From Camelus ferus (lineage: Eukaryota): a stretch of DNA of 64,000 bases. The notes beneath the pieces are model-generated. The model was not told the DNA's origin and made no database searches. It saw only the letters and a list, made by a program, of their open reading frames with translations. Below, in pieces: positions 1-13,466 of the stretch (position 1 is the stretch's first letter; every line of letters begins with the position of its first letter). The stretch lies in NCBI RefSeq assembly GCF_009834535.1, contig NC_045696.1, positions 50,098,001 through 50,162,000 of the forward strand. Reading direction: 5' to 3'. The position numbers and the translations under genes were made by a program.

Positions 1-26
1 CAACTGAGAGAATAAATTAAGAGCTA

Positions 27-150
27 GTGTCCTTATGAAAAGAATATCATGTGAAGAACCAGAGACACCAGGAGAACTTCCGGAGACGATGAAGGATTGG
101 AATGAGGCATCTGTAAGTCATGGAATGCCCAAGATTGCTAACAAACCCCA
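27..150 (+). mobile_element. MaLR LTR fragment (MLT1B/C-like)
   Basis: Central MLT1-like motifs: GTGTCCTTATGAAAAGA...GATTGGAATGAGGCATCTGTAAGTCATGGAATGCCCAAGATTGC; truncated at both ends. Confidence 0.6.
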
Positions 151-358
151 GCCTTGGGACTGTCATGGGCCTGCGGGCATGTTATTCACCGTGTTAATAT
201 ATTACAATGGGCGTATAATGAAGCTCAAGCTCTGCTAGAAGTCAAATCTCCCACCATCTTGAGCCTCAAGGCCTCCTGGGGGTTGAATCTTCTACCATTT
301 TGATGTTAATTGCTGTGGCATTCCTTGAATGGCTGTGCCCTGCCCCCTCCCTGTTTCA
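151..358 (-). mobile_element. Truncated ERV1-type LTR (U3 end), same family as 40481-41106
   Basis: Aligns by eye to 40910-41106 (TATAATGAAGCTCAAG..CTAGAAGTCAAA..CCTCAAGGCCT..CATTCCTTGA..GCCCTG) and ends TGTTTCA, i.e. a TG start on the minus strand. Confidence 0.75.
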
Positions 359-1839
359 AATTTATTGAATTAGATATTTAAAGTAATAAGTTTATATGTA
401 ATTTCTGAGGGATTCTGCACATTTTGTTCATGAAATGTATACGCTGCCCTTAATTTCAATCTAAAAAATTCTTAATTTATTACTTTTTTGCAATTGTATT
501 TAACACTTTGAAAAAGCAAGGTTTTCAAAATTTACAACTATAGCAGATTGAACATCAATGATAACACAGGCTACCATAAGTACTGCTTCCTATAAACAAA
601 GCCCCTAAGAGATTAAACAAAAAAAGCCCAACTGATGTCAACCTAGGGTGGATCCAAAACAATTTTTTTTGATGAAAGTGACTCTGAGGTTACAAGTAAG
701 GAACCTGAAAGACAGCCAAAACAGCCTAAGCAGCAGAGAGGGACGACCACAGACTTCATTCTTAGTGGGGCATAGAGAATGACTCAGGAATCCCTAGGAA
801 GGTAGAAGCCAAAACTCCTTAATTGGAAAACTATGCAACAGGCAGCTTAAAAAAAACAAAACAAAACCAAAAAACAGCCTCTTCAAAATGCCTCCCACTT
901 CCAAAGCACGCACACACACTTGATATGGTAAAAATGAGTCTGACTGGCTTCGTCTAGAACTCTTTTCCCTGAAGAGGCTTTGCGTGGGCAGTGCCAGTTA
1001 GAAAAAAGGCTTCAATTTGTGCTTCCTTCAGCAGACCTGGTGTCAGCTCTTTGGCTCAGGGAATAGACCTCAATTGTCTCTCCCTCTTGTTTCCGCTCTT
1101 CCCTGATGTACTAAACTTTCCTGGCAGGCAGTGTAATCAAGTCAGACCTCCTGCTTTGCAGCCATTTGCATTGAGGTCAGCACACCGGTGTGAGTGGAAG
1201 GAAGCAGAAGGCAGATCAGGAAGAAACATGCTTGGATGGAATAAACTGTAACCCAGGTAGACCTCTGCCTCGCCAGCTGGCCCTCCCAGGCAACCCTGGA
1301 CTCCGCTCCCGCCTGACTACTCTCCTGCAGCGCCTTCTTGAAGATGCACCAGGGCTGAACCACACAGGAGCTTGGCTGCTGGCAGAGAGTCACTGGTTCT
1401 CAGTTCAGTCAGGGTTTTTGTCTGCGTTTGCTGTTTCTTCTGCCTCAAATATGAACCTGCTCTGTCTTGTCCAATACTCCACTTCCAGTGTCCAGAACAG
1501 CATCCTCACATAAGAGTCACTCAGAAAACACATGTGGATGCCTGAATGGAGGACAGGAAATGTGGGAATACTCTTTCAACGGCCTTCTCAGAGTTTTCCA
1601 TTTTAGTTCACCCCAAGGTCAGAGAAGGTCCTTCAGGGTAGCGCTAGATTTGCTCTCTGCCTTCTGTACCAGAAAATGCCTCACCATTGTCCTTAGGAAC
1701 AAAAAAGAGGAAAAGGCCACTTTCTGGAAAACTCATAAAGCAAAGTCTTTCAAGGGCACAGATGGGCTCTGTACTCAGTCCTTTTTTCTCATACTAGGGT
1801 CCTGGTCCTGCCCTAACCCACAGAATAAGAAACCAGAAT

Positions 1840-2070
1840 AAGGGAGTGCCAGATTGGAACGCGAGAGCCTTGGACTGGAGCCTTCTCTTCTATTTACTAG
1901 CTCTGTGACCTTGAGCAACACCCTGATCTTCTCTGTACACCTCCTTCTTCAGAAGTAAGTGGAGTTAAAGATATCACGTGGCTCAGAAGTTTGCAATGAG
2001 GAACAAAGATAAAGTTTGCAAAGATTTAGTCAACTTCCTCTAGAGGTGTGTGTTCAATTTACGTTAACTA
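1840..2070 (+). mobile_element. MIR SINE, degenerate
   Basis: MIR core TTTACTAGCTCTGTGACCTTGAGCAA followed by a MIR-like 3' part. Confidence 0.7.
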
Positions 2071-2207
2071 TACTGTGGTTTTAGTTATCAAAGGAGAAAG
2101 CCTCACTTGGGGGATTTCAAACTGTGTTTCAGACTGAAAGTTTCTTAGAGGTGCTTCAGGATCTGCAAATGTTTAATCCCATTTTTTAATAGATTTTACT
2201 TTGTAGT

Positions 2208-4345
2208 GTTTTTTTTAATAGACTTTAATTTTAGGTTCACTGTAAAATTGAGCAGAAGGTATGAAGTTTCCCATAAACATCTTGCCTGCTCCCCAGATAC
2301 AGCCTCCCCCACTGTCAACATCCTGTGCCAGAGTGGTACATTTGTCACAGTCAAAGAACTACATTGAAACATCACTATCACCCAAAGTCCATACTATACA
2401 TTAGGGGCCACTCTTGGGGTTGTACAGTCTATGGATTTCAACAAATGCATAATGGCATGTATCCACTATTATAGTGTCATATAGAATGTTTCACACTCTA
2501 AAAATCCTATGTACTCTGCCAGTTCATCCCTTTTTCCTCCCAAACCTTGGTAATCACTGGTTCTTTATTCTCTCCTTAGATTATCCTTTTCCAGAATGGC
2601 ATATATTTGGAATCATACATCATATTGGCTTCTTTTACTTGGTAACATACATTTAAGTTTCTTCTATGTCTTTTCATGACTTGATAGTTCATTTCTGAAT
2701 GATCTTCCGTTGTCTGGGTGGACCACAGTCTGTTTTCCATTCACCAAGGACATGGTTGCTTCCAAGTTTTGTCAATTATAAATAAAGCTGCTGTAAACAT
2801 CTGTGTGCAAGTTTTTGTGTGGACATAAGTTTTCAGTTCTTTTGGGCAAATATGAAGGAGTGTGGCTGCTGGATCACATGGTGAAGACAGTATGCTTGGT
2901 TTTGTAAGGAACCACCAAACTGTTTTCAAAATGACTGTAGCAGTTTATATTCCCACCAGAAGTAAATGAGAGTTCCTATTGCACTGTATCCTCCCCAGCT
3001 TTGGTATTGTTAGTGTTTGGATTCTGGCCACTCTAGTAAGTGTATAGTTACTTCTCATTGTTTATACAGGTGCTTGTTTGCCACTTGTGCATATTGTTTG
3101 GTAAGTTGCCTGTTCAAGTCTTTGGCCTTTAAAACTGGGTTGTTTATGTCCTGGTGGCTGAGTGATAAGAGTTCTTTGCATATTTTGGAAAACAGTCCTT
3201 TATCATGTATGCATTTTGCAAGTACTTTCTTTCAGTCTGTGGCTTGTTTTCTCATTCTCTTGACTATGACCTATGAAGAGTAGAAGATTTTTATTTTAAG
3301 AAGACTGGCTTATTAATTATTTCTTTAGTGTATCGTGCCTTTGGTATTATATCTAAAAAGTCATCACTATGCTCAAGGCCACCTAAATTTTTTTCCTATG
3401 TTATCTTCTTGGGCTTTCATAGTTTTGCATTTTATATTTAGGTTCAAGATCCATTTGAGTTCATTTCTGTGAAGGGTGTAAGGTCTTTGCATTCTTTGCT
3501 TGATTGTGTTGCCTTTGCTCCTTTGTCGAAGATCAGTTGGCAATATTTTGGGGGTTCTATTTTGGGGATCTGTATTCTGTTCCGTTGATTCCTTAGTCTA
3601 TTCTTTCAAGAATACCACACTGTATTGATTACTATAGCTTTATAATAAGTCTTGAAGTTGGGTGGTGTTGGTCTTCTGACTTTGTTCTTCTCCTTCAATA
3701 TTGCATTAATTATTTGGGGTCTTTTGCCAATGCATATATAAACTTAAGAATCAATTTGTTGCTATTCATAAAATAATTTGCTGGAAATTTTACTGAATTT
3801 GTGTTGAATCTATAGATCAAATTGAAAAGCACTAACATCTTGACAATAATTAGTCTCTCCATGCACATGGAATACCTCTCCATTTATTTAGTTCTTTGAT
3901 TTCTTTCATCAGAGTTTTGTAGTTTTCTTCATATAGATCTAGTACATATTTTGTTAGATTTATACCTAAGTGTTCCATGTTGGGGGATAATAATGAAAAT
4001 GGGATTGTGTTGTTAATTTCAGATTCCACTTGTTCATTGCTGGTATACAGGAAAGCAATGAACTTTTGTATTATTAATCTTGAATCCTATAACCTTGCTA
4101 TAATCACTTCTTAGTTCCAGGAGTACTTTTGCCAATTCTATCAGATTGTCCACATATATCATCTGCTAAGAGTATTATTTTTTCCCTCACAGTCTATATC
4201 TCCCCCTATTTTTTTGTCTTATTTCATTAGCCAGGACTTCCAGTAAAATCTTGAAAAGGAGTGGTGAGAGAAGATATTCTTGTTTTGTTCCTGATTTTAG
4301 CAGGAAAGCTTCTAGTTTCTCTCTATTTAGTAACACGTTAGCTGA
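2208..4345 (-). mobile_element. Old LINE-1 3' portion (L1MC1-like): ORF2 3' part plus 3'UTR
   Basis: 3'UTR resembles L1MC1 (GAGTGGTACATTTGTCACA..CATCACTATCACCCAAAGTCCATA). ORF 2741..2929(-) is the ORF2p C-terminus (KTVWWFL..ICPKELKTYVHTKTCTQMFTAALFII..WKQP). Confidence 0.9.
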
Positions 4346-5472
4346 ATTCTGTTTTTCAAGAATATATTTAGGCTGCTATAAATTTAAATAGAAAATAACA
4401 TTCAAGGATGTTTGCATGCCTAATTTTAAGTAACTACAAACAAGTAAGGCACTATATCTTTTCTTTCATGGTGACTTCTGGGCAGTCTTAGAATGAAACC
4501 CACTTCTGCATCCCTGAAATTCTTTTAAATTTGTCATTGATTGGGAATATTTTAGGTCTGGAGTAGTTTTTTCTTATTTGGAAGACATTGCTGAGCTTTC
4601 TCACCAATCCTTCTAGAGAAGGTACCAGCAGATTAATGGACTGTAGCTGATACAGTCAAACTGATCAAACGCTGGTTGGAAATTTTGACGTGGAATTCAG
4701 ACCCTTTCACTGATAGCTGGATTCAATATTGAGAAAGGATATTTCTTCAGTGTGGACTCTGTCCTTCTCAGTACTGAATTCAATGGCAGATACAAGTCAG
4801 GTTAAAGTGGCTCCCTAACAACGTCCAAAGAGTCATATTAATGTCTTGAGTCCTAAAGGGCATTTCAAAAAACAAAAGTATTTTATTGTATGTTCAGACT
4901 TTTTTTTTTTTTTTTTTTTTTTTGCAAAACTTCATTATGGATAGAAAAGTAGAGCAAAGAGCTGGTTGATGAAGTCCTCCTAAACGCCAGAGGAGTAGAC
5001 TCCATCGCAGTCCTAGACCCTCTGCACAGGAGGGTTCCTGGAGGTTGTCTGCTCACTCCTTGTCAGCTTTGGCTTCTGCTTGAGTTCCTCTCCTGACTCT
5101 ACAGATTAGCAGGGGACAGAATAATGAGGGTTTGGGGTTTTCTTCAATTTTTAAAAATTTGTTTTTATTTGTTTTAAGTTAGTTTATTTTTAAAGGTTTT
5201 ATAAGGAATAAAAAGTAATGTAATAAACATGTCATGCACCCCCACAAGTTTAAGAAATAGATCATTGCCAACCACCAACATTATCTAAATTCTTAGGTGG
5301 GAAATCTTAGTACTTATGTCTTTGTCTAGATTGTTAGAGTTTTCTTTTTTCTTGCTACCTTTTGGAAATAATAAAATTGATTGCGATGAACCAGATGCCC
5401 GTTTTCCATGCCATCAAACAGTATCTTTACTGCCAAACTAGGACTCCTGTAATATGTGTCATAACGAATTTG

Positions 5473-5532
5473 ATTCATTTATTCATCCATTCAATAAATA
5501 TTTATTGAGCTTCTATTGTATGACAGGTGCTT
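5473..5532 (-). mobile_element. L2 3' end fragment
   Basis: ATTCATTTATTCATCCATTCAATAAATATTTATTGAGCTTCTA is the typical L2 terminus. Confidence 0.7.
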
Positions 5533-6461
5533 GTGTTTTACTTCGCATCGTATTCTTAATATTAAGTGAGATGATTCCTGTAGCTTATTCCTTGTGCTAT
5601 ATTGTCAGTTTTATGGTTCTTTCAAACCTATCTCTGGGGGAAGCTTGGTGCAACTCTGTTCTCCTCTGAAGTAAATGAGTCCTCTTTGGTTTTGCCTAAA
5701 CTTGCATACCTGTTATACTTAACTAACTGCCTGCCTGGATTTTCAAGGGCAGTTCTGTGTTCAAACATTTGTCTTAATTTTTGTCTCCTGAAGTATGTCA
5801 GTTACAGTGATGTGTAAACAGCTTCTTTGCCCTAGTCTTCATTGAGAACATATCCTGTATATTTGTCACAAGAGAGAAGGTATTTTATAAATAATTGTTG
5901 AGTAAATTGATAAATATGTTTTAACTGGAGACATAATTTATCAAAAGAAAAAAATACACTGCACTTACTTTTCAGCTACATTGGTGTATCGTTAAAGGGA
6001 AAATAGGATCCTTACCACCTCAAGCTTGCACTGCTGCCCATCTACAACTCAGCAATCTCTGTTGTAACCTTTCACGTAACTGTGTTTATGCTGATATGCA
6101 CACTTTTCTGACCAAGGCAAACCTCCACTTTTACTCCACTTATGTAAATTTTTCCATCCTCAAAGACAGTTCCCCCCAGAAATTGCCCCAGGACCACTCT
6201 ATGCTTCCCTTGACTAGATATGTAAAAACTTGGGGATAAAAAGGAAAAATCAGATTATTTCCTCTCGGCTTTTGGTTCCTATTGTTTCCCAACTTCTTCC
6301 AAAGAAAAGTGAGGGAATGAGGGCAAGGGGACTCCTTTCCTCCATATTTTTCCAATAAGACAAGTATACATTTTATGCTGAATTTAACAAACTGAATTGT
6401 TTAAAAGAGCAAGCCAAGTGTTGCATAATAGACTTTCATGCCCCCAAACAATGTGATTTTA

Positions 6462-7951
6462 TCTTTTGTTAAAATTGAAGTATAATCAGTTTACAATGTT
6501 TCATCAATTTCTGATGTACAACATGATGTTTCAGTCATATATGTACAAAATTATTCCTTTTCATATTCTTTTTATATAGGTTACTACAGATATTGAATAT
6601 AGTTCCCTGTGCTACACAGTAGAATCTTGTTTATCTATTTCATATATAATAGTACCTGCAAATATCAGGCTACCAATTTATCCCTTTCCACCCCTTCCCC
6701 TTCTGGTAACCATAAGTTTATTTTCTATGTGAGTATGTTTCTGTTTTGTAAATAAGTTCATTTGTGCCCTTTTTTTTTTAGATTCCACATGTAAGTAATA
6801 TCACATGCTATTTTTCTTTCTCTTTCTGGTTTACTTAACTGAGTACAATCATCTCTAGGTCCAGCCATGTTGCTGCAAATGGCATTTTATTTTTTAAGGC
6901 TGAGTAGTATTCCACTGTATAAATATACCACAACTTCTTTATCCAGTCATCTGTTGATGGGCATTTAGGTTGTTTCCATGTCTTGGCTATTGTAAATAGT
7001 GCTGCTGTGAACATTAGGATGCATGCATCTTTTTGAATTAGAGCTTATTCTGGATGTATGCCCAAGAATGGGATTGCTGGATCATATGGTAAGTCTATTT
7101 TTAATTTTTTAAGAAATCTCCATACTGTTTTCCATAATGGCCAAACCAAACTACATTCCCACCAACAATGAAGGAAAGTTCCCTTTTCTCCACATTCACA
7201 TCTAGCATTTATCATTTGTGGACTTTTGAATGATGGCCATTCTGACTGGTGTGAGGTGATACCGCATTGTAGTTTTAATTTGCATTTCTCTGACAGTTAG
7301 CAATATTGTGCATTTTTCCATGTGTCTATTGGACATTTGTATGTCTTCATGGGAGAATTGCTTGTTTAGGTCTTCTGCCCATGTTTGGATTGGGAGATCA
7401 AGCCTTTGTTGGTTTCATTTGCAAAAATTTTCTCCCATTCCATAGGTTGTCTTTTTGTTTTACTTATGGTTTCCTTTGCTGTGCAGAAGCTTGTAAGTTT
7501 AATTAGGTCTCATTTGTTTATTTCTGCTTTTATTTCTATTGCCTGAGTAGACTGCCCTAGGAGAACATTGCTAGGATTTATGTCAGAGAATGTTTTGCCT
7601 ATATTTTCTTTTAGGAGGTTTATTATGTCTTGTCTTATATTTAAGTCTTTAAGTCATTTTGAGTTTATTTTTATGTATGGTGTGAGGGAGTGTTCTAACT
7701 GCATTGATTTACATGTGGCTGTCCAGTTTTCCCAACACCACTTGCTGAAGAGACTGTCTTTTCTCTATTGTATATTCTTGCCTCCTTTGTTGAAGATTAA
7801 TTGACAATTACTGGGGTTTATTGGGGACCATTAGTGGGTTTATTTCTGGGCTCTCTATTCTGTTCTATTGATCCATATATCTGTTTTTTGTGCCAATATC
7901 ATGCTGTTTTGATTACCGTAGCTCTGTAGTATTATCTGAAGTCTGAGAGGG
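6462..7951 (-). mobile_element. 5'-truncated lineage-specific LINE-1 with 14-bp TSD
   Basis: L1 ORF2 end plus a cetartiodactyl-type 3'UTR (ATAGTTCCCTGTGCTACACAGTAG). Perfect flanking duplication ACAATGTGATTTTA at 6448-6461 and 7952-7965. Confidence 0.93.
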
Positions 7952-9539
7952 ACAATGTGATTTTAGATTTGCCAAATTTATAGAAGGAAAAGAAAAATGT
8001 TCCATATATTTTTCCATTTAAAAAAGTTAATCATTTTTAACCTTATTTTCCTAACTTACAGTTTTTGATGCACATTTGGAAATTAAACATGTATTCTCTC
8101 ATGAGATGATTTACATCATGTTATTTAATATCTGTAGGGCTGTTTAATAGTTTATAGGTTTAGAAACATGATAAGGTTTCCAAGAACCAAGAAGTTTCCC
8201 CAGGAATCTTGGAAAAAGGATAGAAATTATTTTGGAGTTTTTGAAGTATTGGGGCACTAAAACTGAGATTCTTAAGTGAAAAGGAAAAGAATGGGAGCAA
8301 AGTTTTTTATGCCTCTAGACTGGGAGTGTAACCTCAGATTCCTATAGGAGTCAAGGGAGGTTAATTAAAACAAAGAGTTTAACAAGAATAAGGGGTTGTA
8401 GGATCTGTGTCAAAGTTGAACTCAAGCACTAGGTAGTAGAAAATAGAATAGCTAGGAAGATATGGAACTGCCTCTGTAGCACTGGGATAATAGTTTGTGG
8501 TTAGTGAAAATTAATGTTTTTAAGTGTAAGTCTTGGAGATACTGCTCAAATGCCTAAAAATGTCCTTTGACCAAGCCCAGGGTAATTTTTCCCAAGTTTG
8601 TCAATGGAGTTACCAACTTGACTTGAAGCTCTTGAGACTTCTATCCCTTCCATCTCACTTGGAATTGAGATTCTCAAGTAAAGAGTAAAGGAATTAGAAC
8701 ATAAGTTGTGCCTCTGGACTATTTTAAAAGGTCTTATCTCTGCCTTGGGTGCTTCAGTGAAACTCCTCATGCTCTGTCTTTTTATGCACTTCTAAGCTAT
8801 GGTCCTGGCCTCTTGGTCTTGGATCTGGTTTTCTCCCATGACACACACTCCCACCCTCTTGAATGAATTCTTCGTTGGGACTACTTAACTCACAACTTCA
8901 CTTTCCCCAAGAGTCTGTTTTGTTTCCCATTTGCCCTACAATCTTTTCCTTTGTGAGGCGTCATGTTCTTCTCTGATTCAGTGCCAGCTTTCAGAAACCC
9001 AGCCAAGAGCAAAGCCCTCAAGTCACCACGTGCTGATGAAAGGAATTTAGGCAAGGATAATGTTGCAAGAAAACTAAGGAAACTGGGAGAAAAGGCTACC
9101 CAAGAAGAGCAAGAGCTCTTGTAAGAGTGGATGGGTGGACAAAGAGCCTTCTGCACGTTGGCAATGATGGCAGCCAACAGGACTGGTTTTTACAACAGTT
9201 AGGCAGCTCTCCAGTTAGCAGAAAGGTTCCTGCACCTGCATGGCAAATTATGCTTGAACTTGTCATTGAATGCAGCCATAAGGAAGTAAGTGGAGAGGAG
9301 AAGCATAGCTCCAGGATGGGAAAGCTCAAATACCTGCCACAGCGAACATAAAGCACTCTAGACCCTCACTGGAAAATAGAAAGGAAATGGGGAAGGGACA
9401 ACTCTTAAGATCGTTAGTGGAAGGAAACTTTTATCAAAGATCACTGAGAAAGCATGTACACGCTTTGTTGTCCTTCCTCTGAGGTCTGCCTGCTGGGAAG
9501 AAAAGCTACAGATGTTTCCTCAATGAAGCACTCTGGAGA

Positions 9540-9780
9540 TAGCAGAGTAACGCAGCTATTCTAGACTGGGAGCCAGAAGCCCAGGTACGCTTTCGGTTGT
9601 AACTGCCAATGTGCCACCTCCCACAAGTGAGTTACGCCTCTAAACCTTGACTTCCCCATTTACAGAAATGGAGGATATAAGAATATTCATCTTATAGTAT
9701 TGCTGAGCAAAATACAAGAGGGTATGCAAAAGAACTTTCAAATACTAAAGTATCTTATCAATTTGAAGTTGCATTATAAC
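9540..9780 (+). mobile_element. MIR/MIR3-like SINE, degenerate
   Basis: GACTGGGAGCCAGAAGCCCAGG..CTTCCCCATTTACAGAAATGGAGGAT pattern. Confidence 0.55.
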
Positions 9781-9914
9781 AATGTTTTGGCACTTAATGG
9801 TGTTTGTACAAAGTGTTTGTGATTTAAAGGATGCAAGTTAGAAAGACACTTTGGAGTTTCAGTCCAAAAAGTTGTGAGTCTTAAAGGAGACCTCCAGCCA
9901 GATAGAAACAGGTA

Positions 9915-10085
9915 ATATAATAGTATAATGGGTTTTGGAGTCAGACCTCAGTACAAATCCAAAATCTGCAATGTCATAACTACATGATCATAAATTGTCC
10001 CTTTTCATGTCCACATGTCTTCATCTGTGACTAATTCTTGGCAGTTTTCAGTACTAAATAAGAAAGCATAGCAGAGCATAATGTT
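9915..10085 (+). mobile_element. MIR fragment
   Basis: ATGGGTTTTGGAGTCAGACCTCAGTACAAATCC..TCTTCATCTGT. Confidence 0.5.
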
Positions 10086-10904
10086 AATTTTCTTTTACTT
10101 TCTTTTTTTTTTTTTTTCATAAATGAGAAGCAATAACCAACAACTTTTGATTAACCAGGCAGAAACTGCTGTGTCAGATACAATATTTTTATCATCAAAA
10201 AAGAATAAAATTGGGCAAAGACTGGATGTAAAGGCTCAGAAAAATCTCTCCTAAAGGGCAAATCAATCAAATCTTTGCATAAGATTGAGAAGACACACAC
10301 AAGAGGAAAAACAAACAAAAATGTGAGTTTTGATGATAAAGGTGGAAGAATATCTCATCTTATGTGTATTTTCCGCCTTTTATCATCTGTATCATAATAA
10401 TTTGCTTTACTTAATTTTATATGCACAATGAAACGGTTCCAATAAATAATTATCAGTAAATAAAGAAGTCTTACTTTCTTTACCCAGCAGAGCATATCTG
10501 CCTGAAATTTTGCTCCTTTGTTCTGACCAGTCACTCATACTCACCTGGTATGTTAATAGAAAATTATTGCAAGTGAATGCAGCAAGGACTGAATATAAAT
10601 AACCTCTCCTCTCTAGCAAAACCTCAACCTGGACTTATGTGACAGATACCTGTTAGAGTCATCTGATGGTAAAATTAGATGAATAAATATTTTCAAGAGC
10701 TTAGTTGCTGGAAATTCTAGACAGGATATAGGCAAAAGTAAGTCTGGGTCTTCAGGAAACAAACAAACACTGTTATTCAGAATTCCATCCACTGTAACTT
10801 ACTTCCTCATTTCATGATAACAACCCTGAGTGAGCATTGTTTCTGAAATAACGCAAGATCCCAAAGACAGTAATTCTTTCTTATATGATTAAGGATATCT
10901 GTAT

Positions 10905-11060
10905 ATCAAAGCACTTTCATAAACTGTATTCCATTTATTGTCACTTTACATATTAGGAGACTGAGGTTCAGAAATGTGATGGGACTGACTCAACGTCTCA
11001 TAGCTAGTTAGTGGCAAAGGCAGGACTCAAATCCCTTTCTTGCAATGCCCAGTACTTTCC
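10905..11060 (-). mobile_element. MIR fragment
   Basis: GGAGACTGAGGTTCAGAAA..ATAGCTAGTTAGTGGCAAAGGCAGGACTCAAATCC. Confidence 0.75.
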
Positions 11061-11477
11061 CTTTTTCAGTATATATTGTCTGAAAGAATGTCAGATACAT
11101 GAAAAAAGTAAATTACATTTTTTTCACTTTAGTTAGGGGGAGACATCCTGACTCATCGTAGACTTTATTCTATTGCTTTATCCTTGCTCATTTATTTGTC
11201 ATCTGTTCTAAAGATAAAGAAAAGAAAAAAACCTATTACAACAGAAAGTTCATAAAGGGACCTATTTAAAAAACATGCCTCAAAAATGAGCAAATAACAT
11301 TAGACCATGAATCTGTCACTTACTTATCTATTTAATGTTTTAAACTTGTGCCAAATTTACTTGACACTTGAAAAAGATAACTGAACATCAGCCATTTATC
11401 TCACTTGTATACAGTTTATTGGAAAATATGCCCTCAAATACAGACATGAGCTATGTTTTTTTCTGTAAATTGCCAAC

Positions 11478-11536
11478 ACTTAGAACAGAGCCTGGCGCAC
11501 ACTGGATGCTTGGCAACTATTTGTTGAATTAATGAA
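11478..11536 (+). mobile_element. L2 3' end
   Basis: CTTAGAACAGAGCCTGGCGCAC..TATTTGTTGAATTAATGAA. Confidence 0.7.
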
Positions 11537-11881
11537 AGTATAAACTGTGCAGTGGTGATAGGAGGCTGAGAAGGAGTCATGAAAGAAAAGAGGAAAGAAT
11601 TGTATATTGCAGACATGGCCTTCCTTCTTGTATCTGCCTGGATGATGGCAACAAAAAATTACCCAACTTTGGCAACAGACACCCAATTGGGAAATTTTCT
11701 ATTTCAAAAATATGATACTTCTTTTCCAAAGAAATCAGAGAACAAAGTTGACTGAATTTGGTGTCCTTGTACATTCAAGTATCATGAATAATGGATCTCT
11801 TAAGGACATTTCTATCGTATATCAGAAGCAAAAACAAAAAGGAATTATCTACTTCTTATACAACATGGTTCTTGAGTTATT

Positions 11882-12048
11882 CAAGTGCTTCTCAAATTCT
11901 TATGTGCATGTGAACCACCTGGAGAACTTATGGAAACAAAGTGCCCATAGATTTGATTCAATGAGTCTGCAGTGGGACTGAGATTCCGAATTACAACAGC
12001 TCCCACATGTCGCCAACACTGCTGTTGCATCAGTCACTCTACAAGTAG
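11882..12048. mobile_element. MER5A-like hAT-Charlie element
   Basis: AGTGCTTCTCAAA..AACCACCTGGAGAACTT..GATTCAATGAGTCTG..AACAGCTCCCA. Confidence 0.65.
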
Positions 12049-12692
12049 TATGTGTTTTGTTTACTTTGGGAGGAATTTCAACATTTTCCTTCATCTTCAC
12101 CAAAATCTTACCATTTCAGTATTAATATATACTCAACATCAGACATGAGGTTCTGCCATGTCCCTTAGGTAAAACTCTGGATTGGTCCTTCATTCTTCCT
12201 GGATCATCAGTTATATTTAGGTCACCACATCAGACTATGTGAGATATTCTGATTAGTCAATCTTAATATTATGACATTTTTCATCATTGAGAAATTAAAT
12301 TAACCACGTTAGGAAATCACTGACATCCTACCTGAATATGACTGATCATCCTGAAATAAACATGGCTTTGTTAACAGGTCATCTAGCCATCAGAAAAATT
12401 CCCTTTAAAGAAAATTTTTTTTTTTTTTTCAGTTTTTTGCTGTTACCTCAGGTTGTGAACTGGGCCACACCTCTCTGAAATCTAAGGCTAAGCAACCAAC
12501 AACCAACTATTTTCAATCATGGTCTCTTTAGGTGGTGTAGAGTTTCAAAAACAATTTTTACAGTGAAATTGAATATCATAAAGTAGTGAAACTGGCAAAA
12601 GATTGACATTATTTAAAAGTTATACTCCAATTATAGGCTAATCACATTTTATATTATTTAAAAATTATAGTCAATCAAGGTTATCTTTCTTC

Positions 12693-12840
12693 CAGTAGTT
12701 CTCAGACTTGAGAATCAAAATCACCTGGAAGAATTCTTAAACCACAAATGCTGGGCCCTGCCTTCAGTTACTGCTTCATTAAATCCGGGTGGCACATGGT
12801 AATTTGCATTTCTGACTAATTCCAAAGTGATGTTCTATGC
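12693..12840. mobile_element. MER5A-like hAT-Charlie element, cut off by the adjacent MER20
   Basis: CAGTAGTTCTCAGACTT..AATCACCTGGAAGAATT..TGCTGGGCCC..AATTTGCATTTCT. Confidence 0.7.
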
Positions 12841-13064
12841 CACACGTTCTCGGCCTCAACACCGCTGAACCCTGGGATGGATGGTTCTTTGTTGTGGGGG
12901 GTTGTCCTGTGCCTTGTGGAAGGTTTAGCCATATCCCTTGGTCTCTTCTTTAGCCATGCTCCGTTCTTACAGTATACTCATCTTCCTCCCAGTTCCTTTC
13001 CCATTCTCACTCCAAAGACTGTCCAAGCCATGAAGTCATCACCAGGGGACTATCCCTATTACTA
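12841..13064. mobile_element. MER20-like hAT-Charlie element
   Basis: TTCTTTGTTGTGGGGGGTTGTCCTGTGCCTTGTGGAAGGTTTAGC matches the MER20 core as recalled. Confidence 0.7.
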
Positions 13065-13388
13065 GTGTGTAGGAGATGAGGAATGTGAGCCTTTCCTGAA
13101 TGAAGAGATATGTTCCCAGAATCTGACATTATGGATTTGAGTGCATTTTTATTCAATGCCATAATTCCATTGGCTAGTAAATTACTGCTATTGCAGAAGT
13201 TCAGGCATATTGAAAGTTAAATAGATTATTACTGATTCTTGAGGACATTATTGTCCTAACACAGTTCCAAGACCTACACAAAAGAACACAAACGGACACT
13301 TGAAACACAGTCCAGTCTTATAACAGGGGTTACCTCGAGATATCAAGTAGGTTGCTTAGGAAACACATGTAATTGGTGTAAGATCACA

Positions 13389-13466
13389 TCCTCCTCTCTC
13401 TCTCTCTCTGTCTTCCTCTCTTTTTCTCTGTATTTCTCTCTTTCTCACTGTCTGTCTCTCTCTCTC
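13389..13466. repeat. Imperfect (CT)n pyrimidine tract
   Basis: Directly visible CT-rich low-complexity run. Confidence 0.85.

Noticed and set aside
8940..9360. Possible processed pseudogene (overlapping ORFs, purine-rich)
   Set aside because: No recognisable protein, polyA tail or TSD
10540..10660. Minus-strand consensus donor CAG|GTGAGT near 10544
   Set aside because: No convincing partner acceptor or recognisable product; isolated donors are common
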